Assembly (NCBI GenBank): GCA_903834195.1
Contig: CAILIB010000015.1
Coordinates: 53,146-117,145, forward strand
Reading direction: 5' to 3'
Length of the DNA stretch: 64,000 nt
Source of the DNA: an uncultured Candidatus Berkelbacteria bacterium
GTDB taxonomy: Bacteria > Patescibacteriota > UBA1384 > CAILIB01
Under the pieces are notes generated by a model that was not told the DNA's origin, ran no database searches, and saw only the letters and a program-made list of their open reading frames with translations. This document shows, piece by piece, positions 18,150 to 27,019 of this stretch (position 1 is its first letter; each line of letters begins with the position of its first letter). The position numbers and the translations under genes were made by a program.

Positions 18150-20825
18150 ATGAATCCACAATCTACACTACCTCGCAAGGCACTGAACATTGCGACATTG
18201 GCTGTTTTCCTTCTTTCACTTTTGGGCGCACCGACGTTTACTCGAGCTGATTCAGATCCAACGATCACCGGGGGAGCTACGCTCAGTGGTTTGTATAATG
18301 TTGCATTACCAGTTACTGATATTAGGATTAACGGAACTGGTAATCCGATTGTGCCTATCAGACTTACTGTTGGCTCGGGCAGTTTGGTCATGACAACTAC
18401 AACAGGACTAACGTTCACTGGTTCTCCAGCAGGTAGTCTGGTTCAATTTAGAGGCACGCTTTCTGATGATAATGCTGCTCTGGCCACGTTAACGTATACT
18501 CGAGGTTCTATTGGTTCTGATACGCTACGGGCCACCATTATTGAGCCGGGTATAAATTACGATTCTGATAACGGCCACGTGTATCTTGTAGTTTCTACTG
18601 TTGATGATTGGGCCACGGCCAAGGCTGCCGCAGATGCAACGAGTTTTAAAGGTGCCGGGGGCTATCTTGTCACTCTTACATCGGCAGCAGAAAGCGCTTT
18701 TGTTGTGCCTTTATTAACGAGTGACGCATGGATGGGTTCAAGTGATGCTGCGGTTGAAGGTGAGTGGCGCTGGGTAGATGGTCCTGAAAATAGCACTCAA
18801 TTTTGGAGCGGCAACAACAGTGGAAGTACGGTCGGCGGCCAGTATGCTAATTGGAATCCATCTGAGCCAAACAACTCAGGAGGTAACGAGAACTGTGGTG
18901 AGTTTCAGTATGGGAGTGGTGGTGTATGGAATGACTTCGGCTGTGCACTGACGCAACCAGCGTACGTTGTGGAATACGGTGCACCAGGCCAATTGCCAGC
19001 AATTTCTACCGTTACTGATTCTATTACCACAAGTTACCCTACCAAGACGATTTCCAGCTGTAGTGATTTGCAGAATTTCAATGAAGCAGCTGATCAGCTT
19101 GATACTGTCGTACTTACCAATGACATTGACTGTACAGGTGTTGATTACCAGGTTCCATTTTCATCGGGTACGACGTATAAAGGAACCTTTGATGGCGCGT
19201 ACCATACAATTACTGGTCTAACTGCAAACCATAGTGCGGATAATTTTGTCGGCTTTCTGGGTAAGGTGCAGGGTGCCACGATCAAGAACGTAACGTTTGA
19301 TGGCGGCTCACTCACAGGTAGTAGCGATGTTGGCATAATTGGTACGGCAATTAGTACAGTTACGATGCATAATGTTCATACCAACCTTATAGTTTCAGGA
19401 AGTCAGCAGGATGTTGGTGGCCTGATTGGCTATTTACACCCTACGGTCAGAGGAAGCACGAGTGTTATAGAATACTGCTCCAATACAGGTACTGTTACGG
19501 GAAGCGTAAACACTGGAGGGCTTATTGGATGGGTTCTTGATGATGGTGGCTCAAGTACAATGATACGAAAGGACTTTTCCACCGGTAATATCAGTAGTAC
19601 TGATGTGAATACCGGAGGATTAGTTGGTAAGGTGTCGTATGCTTCGCATTTTGTGGGCTTAGTAACGATTCAAGATTCCTATACGTCTGGCAGTGTGAGT
19701 TCATCTAGTCAACATGTGGGCGGTTTAATTGGTTCGGGTGATACACTTAGTCCAAATGCTGGCCTCGAAATACTTACTGTTCAGCGCTCATATAGTAGTG
19801 GAGCTGTACGAGGAAGTGACTATGTAGGAGGACTCTTTGGAAGTGCTGCTCTGGATCCTATTCGATTATCACATTTCAACCTAGCAGACACCTTTACTAC
19901 CAGTGCGGTGACAGCCACTGCCGATTCTCCTTCATTTTTCGGTGGTGTAGTTGGTGATTACGAGACAGGCGCTGTAGCGATTACGCCCAACAACAATTAC
20001 TATGATCAAACTCAGACGTTAATGGCATCAGACGCTGGAGGAAACGCGCTTAGTGGGGTTACTGCAGTAAACACTGATGGTACTGATGGAAGTCGATACA
20101 AAAATAATAGTTCGAATGCTCCGCTAAACAGCTGGGATTTTAGTACGATTTGGAATATTAATGCAGATACGTATCCAACGTTAATCGCTATTATTCCACC
20201 TCCAGCACCAACTCCTACTCCAACACCTTCTCAAACTCCTACACCAACTCCGACCATTACCCCAGATGCCGACTCTGATGGTATTAGTACTACCATTGAA
20301 AATGCAGCGCCAAATGGTGGCGATGCTAACAATGATGGGACTGTAGATAGTACCGAGGCGAATGTTGCGAGCTATATAAATCCAGTTACGGGACAGTATG
20401 TTTCAGTACAGCTAAACTCGAGTTGTTCCATTTCCGCAACTAATGTTGCTGCGGCCAGTGAAAAGCCGGTTAAAGATGTTGCTTTTAGCTACCCAGCTGG
20501 CCTGTTGAACTATACTGCGTCTTGCGGCACATCAGGGTATACCGCCACAGTGACGCTCTACTACTACGGCGTTGATTCATCTAAGTTGGTGGCCCGTAAA
20601 TACGATGCTAGAAACCAAAGTTATAGTGCTCTGCCAAGCGCTACAATTTCTCAAGTCACTATTGCGGGACAGTCTGTGGCAAAGCTTGTCTATCAAATCA
20701 CAGATGGTGGTGCACTTGATGAGGATGGTGCTGCGAATGGCGTCATAGTTGACCCTGTTGGACTAGCTCTCTCAACGTTTGGTATTCCAAATACCGGCCT
20801 AGGTGGATCGCAAAATCGAGAATGA
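18150..20825 (+). CDS. large secreted surface protein: C-type lectin domain + GLUG repeats + Pro/Thr linker + C-terminal IPNTG motif
   Basis: Signal peptide present. Lectin signature WMGSSDAAVEGEWRWVDG...EPNNSGGNENCGEF...WNDFGC. Repeated (V/T)GGL(I/V)G GLUG motifs. PPPAPTPTPTPSQTPTPTPT linker. IPNTG lies 9 aa before the stop. Confidence 0.8.
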   Translation: MNPQSTLPRKALNIATLAVFLLSLLGAPTFTRADSDPTITGGATLSGLYNVALPVTDIRINGTGNPIVPIRLTVGSGSLVMTTTTGLTFTGSPAGSLVQFRGTLSDDNAALATLTYTRGSIGSDTLRATIIEPGINYDSDNGHVYLVVSTVDDWATAKAAADATSFKGAGGYLVTLTSAAESAFVVPLLTSDAWMGSSDAAVEGEWRWVDGPENSTQFWSGNNSGSTVGGQYANWNPSEPNNSGGNENCGEFQYGSGGVWNDFGCALTQPAYVVEYGAPGQLPAISTVTDSITTSYPTKTISSCSDLQNFNEAADQLDTVVLTNDIDCTGVDYQVPFSSGTTYKGTFDGAYHTITGLTANHSADNFVGFLGKVQGATIKNVTFDGGSLTGSSDVGIIGTAISTVTMHNVHTNLIVSGSQQDVGGLIGYLHPTVRGSTSVIEYCSNTGTVTGSVNTGGLIGWVLDDGGSSTMIRKDFSTGNISSTDVNTGGLVGKVSYASHFVGLVTIQDSYTSGSVSSSSQHVGGLIGSGDTLSPNAGLEILTVQRSYSSGAVRGSDYVGGLFGSAALDPIRLSHFNLADTFTTSAVTATADSPSFFGGVVGDYETGAVAITPNNNYYDQTQTLMASDAGGNALSGVTAVNTDGTDGSRYKNNSSNAPLNSWDFSTIWNINADTYPTLIAIIPPPAPTPTPTPSQTPTPTPTITPDADSDGISTTIENAAPNGGDANNDGTVDSTEANVASYINPVTGQYVSVQLNSSCSISATNVAAASEKPVKDVAFSYPAGLLNYTASCGTSGYTATVTLYYYGVDSSKLVARKYDARNQSYSALPSATISQVTIAGQSVAKLVYQITDGGALDEDGAANGVIVDPVGLALSTFGIPNTGLGGSQNRE

Positions 20826-21454
20826 GGCTCTGGCAGCGTATTGCAATTGGTGGAGTCGCGGGAGTGCTGTGTCTTACTGTGGGAATTGCGTATAAGCGGC
20901 GCCATACATCAACATCACCGGTAAATCCTGAAGTCGGCGCAGTGGTGGTATCAACTAAGACTCCAGATGAAACTGTGCCACAAAAACGTGCCTATCAAGC
21001 GCTACCCAGCGGCACACAGCCGGAAGAAATTGTCATACCATCGATTAATGTTGATGGCTTTGTGCAAAGAGTTGGCATCGACCAAAATTCACAAGTAGCA
21101 GTACCTACCAATATTCACCTCGCTGGGTGGTTTGCGCAATCACAACAACCAGGTGATAAGGGGTTAAGTATTATTGATGGGCACCTTGATGGCTTGCATA
21201 CTGACGGTATTTTTCGGCATTTAGTGGACGTAAAAGTGGGCGATCCTATTAAGATCACCTTGGGCGACGGAACTGTGCGAGCATTTACTGTTATGTCGGT
21301 GCAAACAGTGTTAAACGCAGATGTAGCCAATATTCTGTTTAGTCAAGACCCAGCGGTAGTTAGTCAATTGAACCTGGTAACCTGTGGCGGAACGTATGTC
21401 AAAACTGATAAGGGGTATGATTCTAGGTTTGTGGTGATGGCACGGCTAAATTAG
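20822..21454 (+). CDS. class F-like sortase
   Basis: N-terminal TM anchor, catalytic-type IIDGHLD His, LVTCGG Cys motif and C-terminal Arg (RFVVMARL). The start overlaps the upstream stop (ATGA). Confidence 0.8.
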   Translation: MRLWQRIAIGGVAGVLCLTVGIAYKRRHTSTSPVNPEVGAVVVSTKTPDETVPQKRAYQALPSGTQPEEIVIPSINVDGFVQRVGIDQNSQVAVPTNIHLAGWFAQSQQPGDKGLSIIDGHLDGLHTDGIFRHLVDVKVGDPIKITLGDGTVRAFTVMSVQTVLNADVANILFSQDPAVVSQLNLVTCGGTYVKTDKGYDSRFVVMARLN

Positions 21455-21557
21455 CATTACTCCACGGAGTGAGGAGGAAAGTTAGGGTAACACTTCTGCA
21501 CTGAAGGAGTAGGTTTTTACTCAGAAATTCATAGAAAAATAAGTCCTAGTATTTTTT

Positions 21558-22310
21558 CTATTTTCCTAGCAATTCCCAGACTAGTTGGTGAGCTGACCGT
21601 AGCGTCACTGCTGCGGATTGGCTCTGAAGTAAAGTTGCAGATGGTTCATCAAACTTACTAAAGTGTACAAAGGCTACAAAGTCACCAAAGATTAGTACTT
21701 CCATCTTAAAAGGAAACTTTTCAGAATCTACAAAGCGGTTATGGCGCCAAGGGTCGTCAGGAATAAGCTCTCGTGCACCTGGAGTATCGCTAACCAGTAC
21801 AAAGTTCTCAATGTTCTTTTTATGGCGCTGCGGAACGTACGTATTTACTAACCAATGTTCAAGTTCAGGGTGGATGGCGGCAACATTCACAAAAGAATAG
21901 AAGGGAAGTCCTACTCGAAGAGTTTCTTCATATACCCGTTTAATTCCCTCAACACCACCGTAGAAACGGACTTGAGGCTTATCTTTAGGATCCGTCTGGA
22001 GGGCAAGAAGGAGAGGGAGCGCGTCTGCGGCACGCTTGGCCTTAACTTGTAGATCTTCTACAAGTTGACGTGGATCTGTTGCAGCCAAGTACTTCCGCTT
22101 TCCTAATATAACCTCCTGGAGAATGCCGCGATGTATCATATCGGGAAGGAACTCGCGCATAGAAGTACGCTTAACGCCCGCCTTTTGAGCAAGTGGAAGC
22201 TGTAGTAATGGTCCAGCTTCTAAGGAAGCAAGATATATAGCAATCTCACGGTCAGAAAGCCCAAGAGAAGATAAAGTTGTATGAATTTCTGGTGACGTAT
22301 TCATCGTCAC
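21558..22310 (-). CDS. TrmB-like winged-helix transcriptional regulator, paralog 1
   Basis: LSSLGLSDREIAIYLASLEAGPL...KRTSMREFLPDMIHRGIL wHTH block; C-terminal ...HQLVWELLGK. One of nine paralogs in this window. Confidence 0.75.
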   Translation of the reverse strand: MTMNTSPEIHTTLSSLGLSDREIAIYLASLEAGPLLQLPLAQKAGVKRTSMREFLPDMIHRGILQEVILGKRKYLAATDPRQLVEDLQVKAKRAADALPLLLALQTDPKDKPQVRFYGGVEGIKRVYEETLRVGLPFYSFVNVAAIHPELEHWLVNTYVPQRHKKNIENFVLVSDTPGARELIPDDPWRHNRFVDSEKFPFKMEVLIFGDFVAFVHFSKFDEPSATLLQSQSAAVTLRSAHQLVWELLGK

Positions 22311-22378
22311 TTATTATATATAATAATCGATAATATGTAAACCAACCTGTAAAAATTCAAGAATATATGACGTATATA

Positions 22379-22407
22379 TTGACAATTATTAATGTATATG
22401 CTATGAT
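22379..22407 (+). promoter_or_regulatory. sigma70-type promoter for the radical-SAM-like cargo
   Basis: TTGACA (22379-22384), 17-nt spacer, TATGAT (22402-22407). Confidence 0.6.
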
Positions 22408-22493
22408 TCTCCATCACGATAAAGAGGGCAAGGTCCTCCATATCGGAACATTTAAAACCCGCGGCATCGGCGATATAGATGCAAGGAGGGGTC

Positions 22494-23981
22494 ATGAGTA
22501 CTCTTAGACCTATTTTTGTCCACTGTCGCCCGGATGCCGGTTACGACTTACGTTTTGACACCATTATGATGGTCTCGATGGGAGTAGCTTCCCTCAACCA
22601 AGTGGCTTATCAGATTCTTGGATATCCAGGAGTTGCCATTGATGAGACCTTTATAGGTTCTGGCATTCCTGATGACGGGGAGCGAGCACACCTGTTCGAT
22701 TTGACTTCTGGCTTGGTGGAGGAGTACTTGATTGCTGGCGATCAGCCGGTGATTATGTGTACTTTGCTTTCCTACAATGCCTTAGGGACGGATTCGTTCC
22801 TAAGGCAAATGAAGCACCGCTTCGGTTCTCAGCTTATCACTGGTGTAGGTGGACAGCATATTACTATGTGTTCAGAGGCCTGCACCGCTTGGCGCACCAA
22901 ACCCTATATAGATAGGGTGGCCAACGGAGACGCGGAGGTGACTTTGCAGGAGCTTTTCAATGGTCAACCGTACGCGCAGGGGAAGAAGACCATTATGTCT
23001 TCCGACCACTACGCGCGCCCATATTATGGAGGGTACATTGGCTTGGAGGATCGGCTTCAGGAAATGAGCCGGTTCAACTTGCGTGGTATCAAGAATATGC
23101 GGATGTTGCTCACTGAAAGCGTTCGTGGGTGTTCTTGGGCTGTAGCTTTAGGAAAGGCCTGTGAGATGTGTGCGCTGGATGTGCTCTTACCACTATTCTT
23201 CAGGGGTTTTCCTGAGCATTTCGCCATCGAGGCAGAGTTGGCTGACATGTATGGGGTAAACTGGATATTCGATGTATCGAACCAGTGGCTTCCCGCTCAA
23301 GGGTCAGCTGAACAGGTGAAGTGGCTTGAGGGGTACTGTGCCGCTCGAGTCCGCTACGATGGTCCGGATATCTCCAAGTACGTCTATTTGACAACAAATA
23401 GTGTAACGAAGGAGACGGCTCCGCTGCTTCGGCAGGCGGGGGTCCAGATTGCATATGTAGGAATCGACGGCTGGGATGCTCGAACTCGCCGCGAACTTCA
23501 CAAAACGCAGTACGACCCCTTTAAAATGTTAGACGCAGCTAAATCCTCCGGGCTTTTGGTGCGCACTAGTATGGTGATTGGGTCAGGGATTACTTCGGAG
23601 AATATCCGCGAATTGCCCAAGTTTGTGAAGGCTATCCTGGATGGGTATGGAGACACAGTTCTCTCCTTCGGCACGTTTATGGAGATCATTCTCCCAGGTG
23701 CCGAGAATTGGCGACAGTTCAGGGAGATGTGTTTCTCTGGAGCCAGCGAGCTCCAGCGGGGAAGAGAACTGTATGCATCATTCGATGTGCACGGATTTCT
23801 CGATCTTGACCAGCAGGAAGAGTTGAATTTGTTGAGGATCCAACATACCCAACAGACGTTATTAGACGATATCTTAGCCGCAAAGGCAGAAGCCGAGGAA
23901 TTGATTCTTGCTTCTGAAACCCTTTCGATTGATATCCGTCATGGTGACCATCTGGATGAAGGATCTGATTTTGACCACTAG
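22494..23981 (+). CDS. B12-binding-domain / radical-SAM-like enzyme with atypical Cys motif
   Basis: N-terminal Rossmann-like block (TGVGGQHITM, GDAEVTLQELF) followed by ESVRGC-X9-C-X2-C. ATG 22494 is preceded by AAGGAGGGG. GC content is elevated. Confidence 0.55.
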   Translation: MSTLRPIFVHCRPDAGYDLRFDTIMMVSMGVASLNQVAYQILGYPGVAIDETFIGSGIPDDGERAHLFDLTSGLVEEYLIAGDQPVIMCTLLSYNALGTDSFLRQMKHRFGSQLITGVGGQHITMCSEACTAWRTKPYIDRVANGDAEVTLQELFNGQPYAQGKKTIMSSDHYARPYYGGYIGLEDRLQEMSRFNLRGIKNMRMLLTESVRGCSWAVALGKACEMCALDVLLPLFFRGFPEHFAIEAELADMYGVNWIFDVSNQWLPAQGSAEQVKWLEGYCAARVRYDGPDISKYVYLTTNSVTKETAPLLRQAGVQIAYVGIDGWDARTRRELHKTQYDPFKMLDAAKSSGLLVRTSMVIGSGITSENIRELPKFVKAILDGYGDTVLSFGTFMEIILPGAENWRQFREMCFSGASELQRGRELYASFDVHGFLDLDQQEELNLLRIQHTQQTLLDDILAAKAEAEELILASETLSIDIRHGDHLDEGSDFDH

Positions 23982-24006
23982 GTGTAATAACCTAGTGGTC
24001 TTTTTT
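23973..24006 (+). terminator. rho-independent terminator
   Basis: GACCACTAGG-TGTAATAA-CCTAGTGGTC followed by TTTTTT. The stop codon lies inside the stem. Confidence 0.8.
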
Positions 24007-24273
24007 GTATTCCCTCCGCAAAACTCTATGCATGAGCTTAGGGATGGAGCCAGCCGCTGAATACAGCGGGCAAGCGAAGCTTGACCTGTGTTGATGCCCT
24101 AGGCGTGAGCCTAGGGAGATTCACTTGGGGAATTAATTAGGAAATATATTGTGATTTACCGAGGACCATTATTTAACAGTTTTTATAATATAAAACGATT
24201 TATGCAAATAAATTTCTATAGTGCGAAAATACTATAAGCAAAAGCGCTGTTTATACTATATTGTATACTATGT

Positions 24274-24302
24274 TTGACAAAATGTATTCTAAACTATACA
24301 TT
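24274..24302 (+). promoter_or_regulatory. promoter of XRE gene (predicts a leaderless transcript)
   Basis: TTGACA (24274-24279), 17-nt spacer, TACATT (24297-24302). ATG 24309 sits 7 nt downstream. Confidence 0.5.
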
Positions 24303-24308
24303 TACATC

Positions 24309-24512
24309 ATGCTTCAGAATCGAATAAAAGTACTCAGGGCAGAAAATAATCTTACGCAGGAAGAACTTGCGCGAGCTATAGGTGTGATTAGACAAACAAT
24401 CATCGCTATGGAGCAGAATAAGTATCAACCGTCTGTGGTACTGGCATTAAAACTAGCCAATTACTTCAATGTTGCAGTTGAAGCTGTTTTTCAGCTAAGT
24501 CCGTCCAAATGA
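24309..24512 (+). CDS. XRE-family HTH transcriptional regulator
   Basis: [34 protein letters not shown] Cro/C1-type HTH. The ORF-track TTG start at 24261 lies upstream of the promoter. Confidence 0.8.
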   Translation: MLQNRIKVLRAENNLTQEELARAIGVIRQTIIAMEQNKYQPSVVLALKLANYFNVAVEAVFQLSPSK

Positions 24513-24865
24513 ATTCTTCAAACACCAAATTTATTTTTTTACTCGTTCCGTTTGGCTTCGCAGTATATGTGCTTGACGCACTCCTGATGCCGCATATTGG
24601 TATGATACCAACACAGGTAATTTCTGCTGCATTCCTTCTCATTCTTCTTGTTGTTTCACGATTTCTTGATACAAAGGAGCGGGATGAGCGCGAGCGCCTT
24701 GTGCAGTTGCAATCTGATAGTACGGCTCTCTTTACTGTTATTGCTGGCCTATTAGCGGCTACAATTTTCTATCCTCATTCTGATGTGGCGATGGTGTTTT
24801 GGTTTGTACTGGGTCTGGCAGTGGCCGGGCGAATATTTAGTTTTATCTACCATCGGTTTAAGTAG
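24509..24865 (+). CDS. small membrane protein coupled to the XRE regulator
   Basis: 118 aa, 4 TM segments, 4-nt overlap with the XRE gene. Confidence 0.5.
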   Translation: MNSSNTKFIFLLVPFGFAVYVLDALLMPHIGMIPTQVISAAFLLILLVVSRFLDTKERDERERLVQLQSDSTALFTVIAGLLAATIFYPHSDVAMVFWFVLGLAVAGRIFSFIYHRFK

Positions 24866-24880
24866 TCTAATGTTTTACCT

Positions 24881-26593
24881 GTGTTTATCCTTATATTTTT
24901 TGCGTTTTTAGCGGGGGTTTCTACCATAGCAGCCCCATGTATTCTCCCTATTCTTCCAGTCGTCTTATCTGCGGGGATTAGTGGTGGAAAGCAGCGTCCA
25001 CTGGGTATTGTTACAGGCTTAATTGCTAGCTTCACTTTTTTTACTCTCAGTCTAAGTTATCTGGCTCGGCAGTTTGGGATTAGTCCTGATATTTTGCGTA
25101 CATCGGCCATCGTTGTATTATTGCTCTTTGGGTTGCTCATGGTTGTTCCACAACTTTTCACACAATTCGAAGTATTTGTAGGTCGAATTATTCCTCAAAA
25201 AACAACCAGAAGTAATCGAACAGACTTCTGGGGTGGAATGCTCGTTGGCTTAAGCTTAGGTTTGGTCTGGACGCCTTGTGTAGGTCCAATTATTGCTTCT
25301 GTTATTACGCTTGCCGCAACAAGTAGTGTCACATTGGGATCGATCTTTATTACATTGGCCTATGCGTTTGGCACGGGCGTCCCGCTCATTATCCTTATTT
25401 ATGGTGGACAGGGTCTAATGAGGCGAGTGAAAGTCTTGAGTAAGAATTCGGGCACCATCCAGAGAATATTCGGCATCATTATGGTACTGACGGCTTTAGG
25501 TATGACCTTCGGAATCGATAGAACACTTCAGGCAGAACTATTAGCAAAGATTCCAAGTTCCTTTTCTGCGGGGCTTACCCAGCAGATAGAGCAGAGCAAT
25601 ACGGTGCAAGATCAGCTTAAACAACTTAAGGGTACTTCTGGGCTCGATACCTCTCATAACACACAAATTCTTGGGGGAGCTTCATCCGGGCTACCAGTAC
25701 TAGGGAAAGCACCTGAATTTACCGGAATTAGTCACTGGCTCAATAGTGACCCCCTCACGTTGGAGTCACTAAAGGGCAAAGTTGTACTCGTCGATTTCTG
25801 GACGTATTCCTGCATAAACTGTATTCGAACTTTACCACATGTGACTAGTTGGTATGATTCGTATAAAGACCAAGGATTTGTGGTGATTGGGGTACATGCG
25901 CCTGAGTTTGCCTTTGAAAAGGAAACGAACAATGTTGCGGATGCAATTAAGCAGTTTGGTATTCACTACCCGGTTGCCCAAGATAATGACCTAGCTACAT
26001 GGAGTGCATATAACAATCAATATTGGCCAGCCGAGTATCTTATTGATGCCCAGGGAAATGTACGTGAAACAAACTTCGGTGAAGGCGAGTATGACACGAC
26101 CGAAAAAAATATCAGAGCGCTCTTACAAGAGGCAAAAGGTATGACAACCGTGTTGCCTACTGCACCAAGTGCGGCAGACCTTACTCCAACTGGTCAAATA
26201 TCACCAGAGACGTACCTTGGAACAGATCGGCGGCTGGGATTTGAGGATTCAGCATCAACTTTAGGAGGTAACCAGTGGACACTCTCAGGAGGTTGGGATA
26301 TCGGATCGCAATATATTACGACAACTGATACTCAAGCATCTTTATCCTATAGTTTTACTGCCAAGGATGTGTATTTAGTATTGAATCCCTCAACAAGTGG
26401 AGTAGGTACCGTTGAGGTGCAACTTGATGGTAAAACGGTGAATGGTGTTGGGACTGACGCGGTAAATGGAGTTATTACCGTGGATACAGATCGCTTATAC
26501 CATCTGGTTCATTTGGATGGCGATGAATCTCATGTTTTAACGCTCAGATTTAAGTCAACGGGAATTAAGGCCTTTGCCTTCACCTTTGGGTGA
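24881..26593 (+). CDS. DipZ-like thiol:disulfide interchange protein (CcdA/DsbD membrane domain + thioredoxin-like domain + C-terminal beta domain)
   Basis: CcdA-type TM core with CILPILP and WTPCVGP motifs. TlpA/ResA-like WTYSCINC active site. Confidence 0.8.
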   Translation: MFILIFFAFLAGVSTIAAPCILPILPVVLSAGISGGKQRPLGIVTGLIASFTFFTLSLSYLARQFGISPDILRTSAIVVLLLFGLLMVVPQLFTQFEVFVGRIIPQKTTRSNRTDFWGGMLVGLSLGLVWTPCVGPIIASVITLAATSSVTLGSIFITLAYAFGTGVPLIILIYGGQGLMRRVKVLSKNSGTIQRIFGIIMVLTALGMTFGIDRTLQAELLAKIPSSFSAGLTQQIEQSNTVQDQLKQLKGTSGLDTSHNTQILGGASSGLPVLGKAPEFTGISHWLNSDPLTLESLKGKVVLVDFWTYSCINCIRTLPHVTSWYDSYKDQGFVVIGVHAPEFAFEKETNNVADAIKQFGIHYPVAQDNDLATWSAYNNQYWPAEYLIDAQGNVRETNFGEGEYDTTEKNIRALLQEAKGMTTVLPTAPSAADLTPTGQISPETYLGTDRRLGFEDSASTLGGNQWTLSGGWDIGSQYITTTDTQASLSYSFTAKDVYLVLNPSTSGVGTVEVQLDGKTVNGVGTDAVNGVITVDTDRLYHLVHLDGDESHVLTLRFKSTGIKAFAFTFG

Positions 26594-26625
26594 TATGTAC
26601 TACGTTAAAAGTAAATCTAGAAATT

Positions 26626-27003
26626 ATGAATCACCTTACTCCAGAAGAAGAAGCTATAATTGTTCACAAGGGAACCGAAGCTCCATTTAGAGGAGAGTAT
26701 GACAAGTTCTATAAAGATGGGATATATGTCTGTAAGCGTTGCGATACACCATTATTCAGCTCAAAAACTAAGTTTGATGCAGGGTGTGGGTGGCCGGCAT
26801 TTGATGATCATATCCCAGGTTCAGTAACGCAGATTACTGATTCAGATGGGTATCGGACAGAAATTGTGTGCGCTACTTGTAATGCGCATTTAGGGTATGT
26901 TTTTACTGGTGAACAGATGACGGAAAAGAATACTCGACATTGTGTTAATTCAATTTCAATCAAGTTTATTCCAGCTGAAGTTTTATTGAGCTTCATTATA
27001 TAA
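26626..27003 (+). CDS. msrB: peptide-methionine (R)-S-oxide reductase
   Basis: CKRCDTPLF, GCGWPAF, CATCNAHLGYVF and RHCVNS motifs. Start refined to ATG 26626. Confidence 0.9.
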   Translation: MNHLTPEEEAIIVHKGTEAPFRGEYDKFYKDGIYVCKRCDTPLFSSKTKFDAGCGWPAFDDHIPGSVTQITDSDGYRTEIVCATCNAHLGYVFTGEQMTEKNTRHCVNSISIKFIPAEVLLSFII

Positions 27004-27019
27004 AATACTTTACCTTTGT

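Noticed and set aside
20200-20265. Nucleotide-level repeat in ccaactcctactccaacaccttctcaaactcctacaccaactccg
   Set aside because: This is the coding sequence of a Pro/Thr linker (PTPTPTPSQTPTPTPT) inside the adhesin gene. It is low-complexity coding sequence, not a DNA repeat element.
20815-20830. Programmed -1 frameshift fusing the lectin adhesin to the sortase
   Set aside because: The junction CAA AAT CGA GAA TGA has no X-XXY-YYZ slippery heptamer and no obvious downstream pseudoknot. ATGA overlap is ordinary translational coupling. It is kept only as an observation about the missing sorting-signal tail.
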